Assembly (NCBI RefSeq): GCF_000150275.1
Contig: NW_002060951.1
Span: 250,775 to 314,774 of the forward strand
Direction: 5' to 3'
DNA length: 64,000 nucleotides
Source: Trichoplax adhaerens
Taxonomy: Eukaryota > Animalia > Placozoa
Part shown: piece after piece, positions 1-14,089 of the stretch
Layout: the number at the start of each line of letters is the position of its first letter
How positions within the stretch are numbered: position 1 is the first letter of the stretch
Made by a program: the position numbers and the translations under genes
Notes under the pieces: generated by a model
Seen by the model: only the letters and a program-made list of their open reading frames with translations
Database searches by the model: none
Told to the model about the DNA's origin: nothing

Positions 1-692
1 GCTCTCGTGAAGAACCTCAAAGTTGTTGTTTAAATGCGTTAAAAATTTGTCGAAAAGATTTAAATGATTTCAATGAGGCCTATGAAATTGTAGTTCAAAA
101 TTTCAATGTAATTCCGTTGATTGAATTATTTGCCATTGCACGCTTCTTCGATAACTGTGAGGTATATCGAGCTTATCGAGTTGCTCTTTTGGCTATGCGA
201 CGCGTTAACCTTGCACATAATCAAGAAACTCATTACATTGTAAGCGATGTTTATTGGGCTTGCTCCTTAGCTCATTCAATTGGCAAGCCTGAGTTGACGA
301 AGATGATACAGTTTGTTATCAAAGGTGTACATTGCGCGCCGGTATTGGCTGATATATTGCGTAGATGTGCAACTCCGGCTCCTAGCGTTTGTATTATAGG
401 AGGAAATGGCCAAAAATTAATATCATATAAAAACGAGCCTCTGAATTTACTGTTGGATGCTGCGATTAATTGCTATATAAACACTACGCATGAACGCCTG
501 GCTCATATTAGTCCTAGGCAATACTCTGATTTTATCAGCTTTCTATGTAAAGCAAGGGACACATTCTTATTAGCTGAAAATGGCGAATTACAGTTTCAGC
601 AACATTTAATTCGATTAAAATCACTATACAAAGGCAAGAAGAAATTAATGGCATTGGTTATGAGCCAATTTGGAGAATTCCTTAAGTTTTGA
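1..692 (+). CDS. ZSWIM4/5/6 family (SWIM zinc-finger protein), last coding exon, 5'-partial
   Basis: Open frame from position 3 to TGA at 692. The translation (EPQSCCLNALKIC...VNLAHNQETHYIVSDVYWACSLAHSIGK...VLADILRRC...YINTTHERLAHISPRQYSDFISFLCKARDTF...YKGKKKLMALV) matches the recalled conserved C-terminus of ZSWIM4/5/6. Confidence 0.9.
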   Translation, partial: SREEPQSCCLNALKICRKDLNDFNEAYEIVVQNFNVIPLIELFAIARFFDNCEVYRAYRVALLAMRRVNLAHNQETHYIVSDVYWACSLAHSIGKPELTKMIQFVIKGVHCAPVLADILRRCATPAPSVCIIGGNGQKLISYKNEPLNLLLDAAINCYINTTHERLAHISPRQYSDFISFLCKARDTFLLAENGELQFQQHLIRLKSLYKGKKKLMALVMSQFGEFLKF

Positions 693-2263
693 TGATTTGT
701 GTATGAAATATAATTATTGATGAAAAGTAATATATACAATATAAAGTATGTTATTTGTATAAATTGGCGTCTTAACATGCTGTTGATCCCTGTTTAACGT
801 TTGTATCATATATATCGATTACCGTAATAGAAAAATGGATATGACATGTCATTTGCCTCTATTTCATGTTTCCATAGAATGACTGTACTTTATTTATTAG
901 TTATAATTATTGTTGAAGCCGGTCTTTATTGAGCTTGTTCGTAAACTAATGTGTATACGTGTGTTATTTATTATATTAGCTACAGTACATATTTATATCA
1001 TATAACGAAAGATTTCTTAATTATTTTCACTTTGGCCCACTATGTCATATCTATTACACTATTGATATAATTCTTGTCTGTCTTTTCTAAAGCAATCTTT
1101 GTTGCTTGTACTATTTATTGCGGCTTTATAAGTTATAATAGACGCGCATTTTGTGTTTATTTGATACCAATTTGTCAGCTTATACGGTAAGGTGAATATC
1201 ATTAGAAACAATTAAATTGCAGCTATAATGTTCCGTTTGTTAATTTCATCTATACCAACATATACATACATGTAGCTGTTACGCTTCCTTCATTGATTCC
1301 GTTTGAGTCGTTGCTTAAGTTTATGATCACATCTAAAGTAAATAACTGTATTACAATTGATGATCTGTAGCTATTCCTACAGTATTGATCGTGTGCGCTT
1401 TGTATAATGTATGCCATATTTTTGAAGTCTGTTTTATATCTGTTTATCATAATGCGACTACTACTAAAGATTGTACTAAACTGTGAGGATAGTTTGAACG
1501 ACGAAAAGTATTTTATATGACTGGTTTAAAATTCAATGATTTACGTTGTAACTGTTATGACATCATATGCATAAAAGCGATCTCGTTTAATATCGTGAAC
1601 GAAATCTAACCTCAATATTAAATTATATAATTTGTAATGTATTTTACCCATGGTTCGATTCCTAAAATTGCAATAAAGATCCTAAGTTTGATAAGAATCA
1701 TTACGTGTCACTATATCGGATTGTTGCTTTTTAATAATGCATAGAATTTCGTTGTATTCATTGCTCGCTATATTACTTTCACTCCTCACACAATTCCGTA
1801 CTCTCTTTAATACTGCACAGGAATACGGAACTTGAATATTTTTGATAGTGTCTAGTACTAGTAATGTAGTTATGAAGCAGAATATATCATAATACAAGTA
1901 TCGATTTCAAATACAGTGTTACCATTACACCTGACTCAATAAATGTGATTGAATTGGTTATAAAAATTGTGGAATTCTTATTACCTAAATGTCATAGACC
2001 GTTTTAAATGGTAATACTATCTACAAGGTTGTCATGTATCGCTCAATTACATTCTTAAAAGCAGGAGTAACTTATGAGTAATTTTTGGCTCTATAAGCCG
2101 AATTATTGCGCGTTAATGTATCTAATAATTATGATAAGTTTACCTACAATTTTCACAAAAAATCCTTATTTTATTATCATAACGGCAATATTTATTAACA
2201 ACACATAATACATACAATATTGGGTTTGATTATATAATAGTTAACGAAATATTATTGCTTCGC

Positions 2264-5200
2264 TTAAGAAACTAAGCGATATGTTATATATCTTCCTGCA
2301 GTTTCACTTGGCCTGATAATTCTTACAAACTAAAAAAGAAAAAATATTCTAATAGTTAATCTCTGAATCAGGAATAAGGAGACCAGACAATTTTCGTACC
2401 TGCCCTCTCTTTAAACCATAATAACGAGCTACAGGATCACCTACTTGAATCCTAGGTAATTGATGCTCCTTTAATTTGCTGATTAAAATGTCGAATTAAA
2501 TTAATTTTGTGTTACATAGTGATTATAATAAAGTTTTGGTCCAAAATTACGAAGCTTACATACATGCATCCATGTTATGACATATCGATCAGTTAGAACT
2601 TACTATCTAGCTAGAAGCTCAGCCTTTTCTTCAGGACTCATGACTATATGTTTAGGAACTAAATGATGTTCGGTTATATTTATCATTAATTCGGATTCCA
2701 TGAATGATTCCAATGTGTATTTAGGAGCCATATCGATCAAAGACTAAGAAATTGCATTGGCGATAGAATTCGAAGATTTAACATTAGAAGTATATTAGCA
2801 AGATCAATTTTGCGAATGATCTGCAAACAAACCTGTTTCGCGGTTGGAGTCATTCCAGATTGTATGATGATTATAGCGCGATTGATATTCTCTCGCTGCA
2901 TTCGTTGGCAGTATCTACATAAGCAATGTTACTCGAAATTATAGCAGAATAATATTACAAACGTCATGTAACTAAGTTGTTGTCTGAGCAACAAAAGTTT
3001 ACTTTTTAATCGTGTTAATCCCCACTTTAGGCTCGTCCGGGAAGAAAACAAACAGTTGTTCTGCGTAGATATGTAAGTTATATTTAATTTACTAATGCTA
3101 ACAATGCTATGACTGTTTAAGCTTGCTAGAGATATAATCTTCATACACAAAAAGCAAACTATGGAATAAAGCAGTCGGCTTGCGTGCACCGTAGACGTAT
3201 TGAATAAGTTTTACCTGTAGGATCATCGATGTGATGCACCAACATGGATAATAATCCGCGTACCTGGCTACTTTCACTATATAAGTATAAAAATGCAATT
3301 CTAGTATATACTTCTTCTACAAAGATACAAAACACAACTTAAAAAATTATGTAATGCCAAGATAGTGGATGATTAAAGATAGATACAGTATCTGCTATTT
3401 CAAGCTGCTAAAGTAGATAGATAGGGAGTTAGTGTGTACAGAATTTATAAGACTCAATACGTAGTCAATCGTAGAGTCACATTTAACCGTAAATAATTAA
3501 TTACCGCATAGATAAGCTAAACGATCTACAGTATACACGTTTAGTATTTTGTCGATAAGGGGCCATGGGCATAAACTTATTAATTATTACAACGTTTTGT
3601 GATAACAACAAAATTAACGGTTGACCTTCTGACTGTGATATTTGCCCAAAAATTCCTCAATTGACCTATATCAATTGCTTTTATACAGTGTATATCACTG
3701 ATATACGGTAATACGTAAGTTTGCAGTTATATCTTCTCGTATCAGAGGAAATACTACGCCATTGCTGTTTTAATCTGCTGGGATACTTGAATAATTTGAA
3801 GCCCGTAGCACAGTACAATATATGAAAAAAACTGAAATGCATTCGCGTTAGATATTAGTAAAGATGATATACACAGAACTTTGATCTTCCAGCAAAAGAG
3901 TCCACAACATACTACATACGAGTATACTAGTCGATTACAATGATGATTCTGAAAGAATTATTTGGGAGGGTATTAAAAGGTTTGTATCATCGCGGTAACT
4001 GCTGTACAGATGCTCTTTTGAAAGTAACGGAATATATAAAAGTGCCTTATACATAATATATTCAATCAAATTTAAGAAAATTTAGTGCTATCTTTGAAAA
4101 CGTGATTGAATTACATTCAGAAGTATCTATAAGATATTTTTGTATTACCTCATTTCGCTGTAAAACTGTTCATGAAATTGATCGAACGTTTGATCCAATT
4201 CTTCCTGCGATACCATATACCCTCTGTCATGGCACATCTATAAAAGTAGGCGATAGATACAGTAAGTTATCTTGGTTACGATTGTATCCAGAAAAGATCT
4301 ATTGCAAGCCCATTCGGAGAAGTTTTAATTACAAGGACTATAACCTTTTGGCAATACTACTGCATAAGACTCAAGCAATACAGTCGATGATGAACTGATC
4401 ACTGATCGGGTAGTGATGTAGTATCGCAAGTGGACAATATATAACTATATATAGTTTTAATTACAAGGACTATAACCTTTTGGCAATACTACTGCATAAG
4501 ACTCAAGTAACACAGTCGATGATGAACTGATCACTAATCGGGTAGTGATGTAGTACTGCAAGTGGACAATATATAACGTAGGCATTCTTTTAGCATCCAT
4601 TTTCAATATGCTCAGCAAGAACAGTATGGTCAATCGGAAATATGCACATTAACCGACCTACTGTAGAGGCGTAAGTTTCGAAAAAGAAAATCTTTAACTG
4701 CAATGCGAACGATACGCGTTATCATGTCCACTGTACAGTCCTGTATATAAGTGAGAAGAGCATAGTCGAACATTGAACCAAAATAGTAATGTAAATTTTG
4801 AAAAAGGAAATTTCAACCATAGTGATAGTATATATACACTTGGCGTACAGTTACTGCTCTTGTCGGATATATGAGAGGGACTTTATGCCATTCATTGATT
4901 AGACGATACAGGTCTAGCTCTCGATTTTGTCAATACTGTATATCAGAATAAGATTGAGGGCAAGAGCTAGGCAACTGAGTATTCCATTGGTGGTGATTGA
5001 GTTATCATCATCTTGGCAATTTTTCTTCAACATTTACTCTCTATTGACCGGACCGGTATAGCTTAAGGTGTAATATACTTTTCATAACTACAGCATTATA
5101 ATAACAATGATCGATCCTAGAATTGCTGACAATGATAGACCTCGCTCAAATGAAGATGCAGTCCAGTTACTGTACATGATCAGTGGTGTACTGTAGATTC

Positions 5201-5416
5201 TGACTTTCGTCTAGAAGACAAGTTGCGATCGAAACTTTTGAATGTTGGATATACTTTGAGGTATAATCTAACTTCAGGACATGGAATTCATCAAGCCAAA
5301 TTAACTGCATGATGTATGTCAGTAGTCTTAAGCGAATAACGATAACAAATAATGCATACTTGCATGACAGTTTTTCTGATCCGCCATAACTTGTAGGCTT
5401 CTTCTTCGTCTTCCAT
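2264..5416 (-). CDS. POLR2E: RNA polymerases I/II/III shared subunit RPB5 (8 exons)
   Basis: Exons ~5416-5360 ([19 protein letters not shown]), 4237-4149 ([18 protein letters not shown]), ~3276-3215, 3060-3003 ([14 protein letters not shown]), 2914-2833, ~2743-2604 ([24 protein letters not shown]), 2478-2400 ([16 protein letters not shown]), 2329-2264 ([18 protein letters not shown]). GT-AG introns. Confidence 0.97.
4321..4577. repeat. Tandem duplication, ~132-bp unit x2, in POLR2E intron 1
   Basis: agttttaattacaaggactataacc...gtggacaatatataac occurs at 4321 and again at 4453 with only a few substitutions. Confidence 0.95.
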
Positions 5417-5519
5417 AACTGCTGCCCGTTGTCTTGGAGTAGTTGTTTGGTACCCATGTAAAAAGGTTAGTCTACTCAGTATAGTCGTTCCAATGTTTTG
5501 CGCATACTCACGCTTTACG

Positions 5520-6050
5520 CCATACAGTACAGCACCACGATGTTGAACAATAGTGTACTGTACAATACAATAGAGGGTCTCTAGTGTACTGTACACTGTA
5601 CAGTACAGTACTGTACACTGTACAGTATACAGTACTGTACTGTATACTGTACTGTATGAACAATGTACTGTACAAAATACAGACAGTACTACTGTATACT
5701 GTACCACTGAGGCCGAGAAGGGCCAACCGCTTTCTTATACTATTCCACGAGCACGTTTTATCGCCAGCATTTTTCGCGAGTACATGAAATTGACTTGATC
5801 TCGCGTTCTGATACCTCGAACATAGCGTGTATCGGTACAAGTAAGAATAAGTCTCTATTTCTCGTACATCAATTTTCTCGTCAGGCAAGTTAGGACGAAA
5901 TGCTTAGTACTACAGTATACTGTACTGTACTGTACTGTAGTAGGGACGCCCACAGTACAGTACAGTACTAAACTGTACTGTACAGTGTACAGTACTGTAC
6001 ACTGTACAGATAAACTAATTTCACCCCGAAAAATGTACTGTACTGTAGCT
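5520..6050. promoter_or_regulatory. GTACT/GTACA array cluster upstream of POLR2E (putative promoter)
   Basis: Dense TACTGTAC/GTACAGTA arrays at 5520-5704 and 5905-6050, starting ~100 bp upstream of the POLR2E ATG. Confidence 0.65.
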
Positions 6051-6077
6051 AAAAGACCGGCATTTGACGGTACAATA

Positions 6078-6321
6078 ATCGTCTCTATACTAAAGTACTG
6101 TCATAATGAGGTGTTTGGCATAATATTTTGGACGAGATGAGGGCAAAGTGATCAGTCCAGGTCCAGGTCTTCTCCTACACTTTGTAGCCAGTGTACAGTA
6201 TAGTACACTACAAGTATAAGAGAAGACCTGGACCTGCCTGGACTGATCACTTTTGTCCTCATCTCGTCCAAAATATTGTGCCAAACACCTTGTTATGACA
6301 GTACTTTAGTATGGAGACGAT
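6078..6321 (+). repeat. Long near-perfect inverted repeat (hairpin), arms ~96/101 nt
   Basis: 6078-6173 is the reverse complement of 6221-6321 with 5 substitutions and 2 small indels. The 47-nt spacer is itself partly self-complementary. Confidence 0.95.
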
Positions 6322-8894
6322 CGATTTTACATGGACTGATTTTTTCCATATTAAGTTAAGCGATATGACATTGAATCTTATTATCTGTTACTAACTTCTG
6401 CTTGGAAATAGTTATATAAGATCGTAGATGTTATTCAATTAGTACCAGGGATTTCGAAATCAGACAAGCAAGCTCCATACTAAGGAAGCATTTTTCGATA
6501 TTGATGGCCCTCATTGGGTAAGAAAAGTCCGTCTGTCTGGTGTACAGTACAGTGTACACTAAGTTCACACTGTAAAGTTTACACTATGTACTGTACTAGA
6601 CTTGATTACCATTGGGCAAGTTTTAACATGAAACCGGGAAAATTCAATTTTAAATTCACACCGTTGAGCGAACTAGACGGTAGTTGTTGATTGTAATCAA
6701 CATCGACTGCACATTAGCATTCATTCTAAAGTTGTTTTCTCCTTGTACAACTTATCATTAACTCTTTGCTTGTTAGCAACCATATTACTATAATATCCAC
6801 AACGAAATTCCAGTATATATTTATTGTAGTATAGTTACTATTGATTGATCAGTTCATGACTTATTCCAATCGATAAATGTGAAATTGGCTTGGCTCAACC
6901 ATTTATCCAGCTAAGGTAATACCGCCTGAATGTTTCTAGAAATTGTTATTCGATTGCATATGATACCCTCTATAAACTACAAGCTCAATTTGCGCTAACA
7001 TATAGTTTACCATCGTTAAAGTCAATACTTTATTGCTATCAAAAAATAGCAATCTATCCCGTCTACAGTGGATAATAAAAGTAATAAATAGAAATATTAC
7101 AGTTATAGAAGTTGATCTTGTGCTAGTCATTTATTAATGCATTTATCGTTATTGAGTGAATCACCATTAATTCAGCTCATTACTAGCTTTGTTTTATCTA
7201 TTACCCTATGACTATGAGGATGCCATCATCGTACTCCTTACTATTTAAACTCATTCATCAACAAACATCCAATGCCTCTCGATTGAATGCGTACTGTACT
7301 GTATACGTATGTGTAAAATGTTATCAACTATGATTACAAATGAGCGTTATGCTTGCTGTCGTTCTTGCCATGACATTAAGTAATACAGCCAATCATAATT
7401 GTATGTCATCATCTTACACAAAATGAATCTTGGACTTACCTATTTTGATAAGATTAAATTAAAATTCGTTTAAATGACATCAACTCGATAGGCCTACATT
7501 TTCCAGAATAGTCCTGAAGATTACTTTGAAAGACTTTAAATTTAACTATGGTGGAAACAATATCTTACAGCAATTGAAAATATTAAACATTGCCTAAACG
7601 CCAGAATATCTGGATCTTTTTCGCGATAAGGATAACAAAATATTTAGGTACGTACTACCCAGAGTCTAATATGGTTATGACGTATACATACATACTTACG
7701 GTATATGCACATACTTCTCTCTCCAGTAACGTAACTAAAATTTGCAATTCTTTCATCCTTTACCGAACAGTAGAGTACACTAGTATTATACTATACTTTA
7801 TATAGTAGAGTACTCAATCTTGATTCCATTACAGTATTTGTAAAATAAAGGATGAAAGCTTCCGAAACGTTGCATCCGATCCACATATAGTTTAGTATGA
7901 CAAATCATTGATGTGCTATATTATTTTCTAACGTACCGCTAGACAAACGGTAGGCGTTCATCTATTGATGTTATGTTAAATATGATCGTTTATTTACCAA
8001 TTCAAATCTCTAGACGGCGCAAGCTATACTAACTAACGCATGGAGAGGTACTGTAGATTCTCTTTCACGTACAGTAGAGCAATAAGTCGTTCAATGGTAA
8101 TAAATGTTCAGAAGTAGCAACAGACTAAAAATCCAAATATACTGCACTATACAGTATCTACTCCTGAGACGCACATAATTATTGTATTCTACGTTTTAAG
8201 AGTAAGTTCGCACGATAGCATATCGACTTGTTATTTATTTACTATAATAACGCATGTTTGATCGCTTTTAAGTACTGTACTGTACAGTAATGTTGTAAAG
8301 AGATTCCGTCGGATCCTTCTATTCTAATATACTGTACTGTACTCAGTGTACTGTAATATGCCTTGCACAACCTTATATAAACTCCTGCTTGCATATTTTG
8401 TAACTACTTAAACGAATGAACATAATAAAAAAATGTGCTGTAATGACGCAACAAATACCAAAGAAAATACCAGTACTGTAATGTACAGTATCCTAAACGA
8501 CTTTACATTAAATAATATCAACAAAAAATACGCCAAAGCGATATCGTGATATCTAAATTTGATACGCATGCTATACGTACGATAGTGCCATATTTAAGAA
8601 TGTCTACGAGTATAACAAAATATTATGAGAAAAATTTATTTATGGCACTAGCAATATGCCAGATGAATGTAATTCACTTAAATATCTAGAACTTAAGCGA
8701 CAATTCGTTCTTGGGATAGCCCACGAGATGGAATATGCTCTTATATTGCTTACTTTGTTATAAGTAATGTACTGTTCTTAATAGAAGTAGCTTGTTTTAT
8801 TTTATTTTATCATTAGGATTGTGTATTAATAAACGCAATAAAAGAAGGTTCTGCGACGCATAAATGATATATTTCAATCTATGTATGTTTTTAG

Positions 8895-11148
8895 ATGTCT
8901 GGAGTAAAAAGAAGTCAACCTGATGGCGGTCATAATTGTGGTAAAAGTTACAACAGCTTTGGCCAGGTAAATCAGTCTAATCTGATTTTTATGCTTGTGA
9001 ATGATCTCTATACTGTAATTATTGCCATTCTTTTATGGTATAGCGTTTGTTACTCGTCATCAAATTAAATGTAGGATTATTTGTTCATATGCAATATCAT
9101 TGGACGTGATTCGGTGTATTATGTACTTATTTTGTTTAGCTTTTGTAATACGAGAATGCTGTAGCATGATGTTCAACATAAGTTATGCTACAGATATCTA
9201 TGATATGTTAAAGTTAATTTTACTTCTTACGTATTATTTTAATTGGTAATAGTATACATTCACCACGGAGGAACAAGAAGCTGTTCAGACGGCATTAAAG
9301 CAAAAATTAGGCCCAGAATATATTAGTCAAAGGGTCGGCATGGGCGGTAAAAAGGTTAAGCAATAGTTATGCTATTATTTGTATAATATAATTCAACTGC
9401 AAAACTCTAAACCTACTGTACTATTGTAATGTACTCGTATGTACAGAAAATTTCCCTTATAATTATAATATGATTGCTTAGCACTAGTATATAGCATATT
9501 GAAATGGCTAGATTATTCGATTTAAACTTACAGATTATGAATAAATGCCACAGGTATCGTAGGTATTGCAATATATTGATTGCATGAGTATATACCATGA
9601 TACATAGAGTTATATAGCGTAACACCAGATCACAGTAATTCAATTATTTTCGTACAGTATCTTGTATGCGTATACTACGTAAATAAACAAGATAAATTGA
9701 TGGAGAATAAACTCTGTTACAGATAGCCTATATTGAGGGATGGAAAGTATTGTCCATAGCAAATGAAATTTTCGGTTTTAATGGATGGTCTCACTCTGTT
9801 ACCAGTCAAACGATTGGTATACTAACTTTGTGATAGATGATAGTTTTACGGATCTACCTTGCTGGCCATTAAAAACTTAGCATATGCTTGTATCTATGAT
9901 AGATTTCGTCGATCAGATTGGAGCTAAGTTTTATGTCGGTATTTGTGCATTTGTCCGAGTTCAACTAAAGGTAAGTAAATTGTGGAAATCTTTAGGGTAT
10001 TTATTGATAGCTATAGTTCATTGAGAAATTTTATTTAAAAGGATGGAAGTTTCCACGAAGACGTAGGATACGGTGTTGCAGAGGGAATGAAGTCAAAAGC
10101 TTTATCGCTTGAAAAAGCTCGTAAGGAGGCCGTAACAGATGGCCTTAAGAGGGCTTTAAAGTACGTTGTTTGTCACGTAAACTACTTTGAGATAAATGTT
10201 TATAAATCTGATATTTGTGTTATTGGAAATTTTTTGATCTTGTTACAGCTTTAAAGTACTGTACTGAGCCATCGCTGCACTTAGGTTTTAAAATATCGGC
10301 GTATCCCGATGATATTAATCTTTACGTTTTTACATTAAATTTTAAACTTTAGGAGTTATGGACAAGCCCTTGGTAACTGTATCAATGATATTTCATACTT
10401 AAATTATATTTGCAAGCTACGTGACGAAAAGGTTAGTGTAACAGTAGCTTTGATTTGAGTCTGAGATAGTAAATACTACTTAAAAGCAAGTCTGTGCGTG
10501 TTTAATGGCCGATCTTTTAGGCTCAATATTTACAAAAAATGCCTTGTTTTACGTGCATGGTTGCATCAGTTTAAAGAGTTGTATTCTTCCTCTCTATGTC
10601 ATTTCAGTCTCCGCAATCCTTTGATATCAGAGAGATGCGTCGACCATTTAGTACTAACCTAATGAAAAATGGAAAGCGCCCTATAGATCCTAGTAATACG
10701 GTTGGTATGGTTGAATATAATATCAAAAAGCGTAAAGAATCAGATAAGGGACTTTTATCTGGAGCAGGTTATTATTTAATTGAGGTAATGTTGCTGTATT
10801 AAAAGAAAAGTTAACAAAAATTGTGTTATCGTTCTTACGTAGAAAATAAAACATTTACTAAGAGCAGCGTTTCGGCTAAGATGGCTTCATGTTCTTCTGT
10901 TAAAAAATTTGAATTAATTCCCGAAGGTAAACTAGATTGGATTTTGTTTGATACATTCTAAATTAGTTTTTGTTGAAATGCCAGAACAGTAACCTCATTT
11001 AATGCAGTATCTGAGTTAAATTAGACGGACAACTTTCTCTTATTCCTAATTGGACACTTGTATGCATTCAGATGATTTAGATTTGCTCCTTTCTGAGGCA
11101 TTACAAGACGAAAATTCGAGTGAAAATTTAGCTTCTCCGAAACAATAG
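8895..11148 (+). CDS. RAD52: DNA repair protein RAD52 (9 coding exons)
   Basis: Exons ~8895-8966, 9253-9354 ([20 protein letters not shown]), 9723-9816 ([25 protein letters not shown]), 9903-9970 (VRVQLK), 10042-10160 ([26 protein letters not shown]), ~10353-10431 (YGQALGNCI), 10608-10768, 10843-10926, 11072-11148. This is the Rad52 N-terminal domain signature. Confidence 0.95.
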
Positions 11149-13511
11149 TAGCAGCATAAAGTGCTACCTTAATTTGTTCTGAAAATATTATCAAAACATC
11201 GTCTTTATTGAGATATACTATTAGTATAAATTACGGTCGTTAGCAACGATACGACTTCTACAAACGGATTTCGCAGTTGCTATTCAAATAATTTTTATTT
11301 TACATACTTTTATCATTACAAGCAAGAATTTAGATTTGAGAACTATTGTATATTGGTGTAATGATAACTGCATAGCTAAACAAGTGTACATTAGTAAAAG
11401 GTCTAGATCATAGTCACCTATGAAATCTACTTAATGACTTTGTAAATTATACAATTCTATTTTTGGCGTCAAATTTGCTACTGAGCACTTTTGCCACTGG
11501 CTAGCTAAAGTAGCTTGGTTATAGTAAAGCTACCGGTATTCAATTCTTCTCTTCTCAGCTTGACACATTTAGTATGAATTCGCCTTTGGACATAATCTAT
11601 TATTGATGATGCAAGAAATTAGTAGTTTATAAACTTTGTAACATATCATGGTTGAATTTCTGGTTGTTTACATCATAGCGCATACGTTAGTAACGATATA
11701 AACGGAAAATGTATTTGGAAAAATGAATCATAAATACAATTTAATACGGCAATATTGTTTAGCTTTTATTGGTTTGTAAATCTTGAACTGAAAATTTGAT
11801 AAGACGTATATAAGTATTTTATTAGGAAATGCAATGTAACAATTTTACTAATTTTGTAGACTAAACTCGCAATGAAAACATTGTCATTTGTTAAGTATAA
11901 TTTCTATAATGCAATAAAAAATGTATCTAAAGTGATACCCCGTAATGTAAATACTGAGAAAGTGCGCAGTTTCTTGCGAAGGATCACTAACGAAATAAGT
12001 ACATCCCCCAAAAAGTTACCTAGTGTTTTTACTATACTAACTTTCGTACTTTTACAATGAAGAGCCCTTTACAGATATTCAGTTTTCTACTTTAGTAAAT
12101 AATTATATGTTCACCTGTGTACCTGTAATATTATTGTTTGCATTTTAGTTCTAGTTATGATTAATCTTGTAAGTGTATTGAATATATTACTGCACTGCTG
12201 TAACGTAAGTAACTATAAATAATTGTAAAGAGAGGCTAACATTGTCCCTCGCCTACGTGAATAAAAGAACTAGCTTTTTAGTCTGCAATATATCGTAAGT
12301 CTGGATATCCAATGCGTGGTTTAGTACAGTATGACTGCACGATATACCAGAATCGGAACATGATCATGGTGAAGAAAATCTGTATATGTATTATTGTATA
12401 CTTGTGAACACCCTTATATGTCGTGCAGTATACATCGTCAGTATTCTGTGAACATTACTAATTATAACTAGTATAAAATGAATTAGGAAATATCGATTAG
12501 TAAACTTTGTAGATTGAGATATCAGCCTTTTCAATCTAGCTAACTACGCCTATATACGTTGTAATGTATGTTTTCTCCACTTTAGTGCATAGATTCTATT
12601 TGAAGACTATAATCTTGTCTACTGATCAAGAGAAGTCTCTAATCTAGTTGTCAGTAGCATGATTAGAATAAATCCGTGCAATAATACTACAAGGAGTGGT
12701 TAAAATAACAGATTTTCTTTCTTTTTTTTCGATCCAAGCAATGTATCGTACAATAATTATGTATATCTGAAATAACAAAGATACTTCGCATTATTAATAT
12801 GAGGGGGTTCTGTGCGTTACTTTAATTAGGTGAGTATATCCTTAGTATGATACGAGAAAGATTCTAAACGAAGAAGAATTCCTTTATTCAGACGTCGAGG
12901 AGATTATCAGCGTGCTCTAGGCAGGAATAGGAAAAGGTAGAGAATCGTGAGATACACAATGAGATAAGAATTGAGGAATGCATGTATTAAAGACGTGCAC
13001 TACCACTATTTTATAAAGTGCTGTATGGTGTATTTATTTTGTTTTGAGATTGCCAAAATCCTTCTCGAGGTGCTTTGAATACTGAAAAGACCTATCAATT
13101 TCATACCAGTGTGTATAACCATTACCTACGGGTACATATAATAATATTTATTTAATATGACTATTACTAAATATACAGTAGTCTGTTTAATTTATGAACA
13201 AGATTCTGAAAACAAAATGAACACACTGTACAATAGTAATAGGCACTTACGATATCATGGACTCTCCTAGACATAGTGTAGGTATGACTCGACATGAAGT
13301 ACATAATATTACACTTAGCATTAATTCCATACTCATCTCTAGTTATGTTCTGGTTTAGCCTCTATTGCACGCATACTGTACAGTGTATAAATGATCTTGT
13401 TCTCGTTGAATTCTAATCGTAGAATAAGTATGCTTTTGCGAATTTAGTCCAGTGCTGTATAGTAGACTGTATTAATAAATGTAAATTTTAAATAAATCAA
13501 GAAACTCCCAA

Positions 13512-13750
13512 CAACTTCATGGTTTGGTGTACAAAAGTGGCAGTCTCCGGATATCAATTCTGAAGGAATTGTATATACTAAAAGTCAACTATCGCCGTTT
13601 CAAATACTGATGGAACACCATTTTAAAAAATGACAAAAACTGGCGTTGGATCAGTAATTTAAAACGGGAATAGTCCACTTTTAGCAAACAGAATTCCTTA
13701 AGAATTTATATCAGGAGACTATCACTAATATGCACTAAAGCGTGAAGCTG
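13512..13750. mobile_element. Palindromic MITE-like element (imperfect ~110-bp inverted arms)
   Basis: 13512-13620 aligns to the reverse complement of ~13641-13750 at roughly 75-80% identity. The right end is ...GAAGCTG followed by TA, like a Tc1/mariner-type CAG..CTG terminus with a TA site. There is no ORF. Confidence 0.55.
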
Positions 13751-14089
13751 TACTCTTTTACAAGGAGCTGCTGTAGAGCCAGTGGCTAAAATGGAAAGAA
13801 ATTATTCACGACTTGTCAACTTTGTTGACAGTACTATAGATTATAACTCAAATAATTTCATAGTGTAGTTTATTAAGAATAGGCAAAACTTTTCACTAAT
13901 AATTTTGTTTCACGATTCTGTACATCGGCAACGAGAAACAACTACAAGATATCAAGTCATTTGTTGGCATTTTCATAATATTATATTCCATTGATATCGC
14001 TCGCTATATCGATTAGACTAGCGAATTGCCGTAGAATAGTTGGTTACTGTACAGTATACCGATATGGATTGCATGTCATTCATTGTACA

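Noticed and set aside
4943-5011. Possible intronic C/D snoRNA on the - strand in POLR2E intron 1 (ATGATGA...CTGA)
   Set aside because: There is no terminal stem and no convincing rRNA-complementary guide. Such boxes arise easily by chance in AT-rich DNA.
5291-5888. Tyr/Cys/Thr/Val-rich ORFs here and at 14556-14918, 26799-27065 and 38369-38732
   Set aside because: These are translations of the GTAC arrays, which contain few stop codons. There is no protein-like signal.
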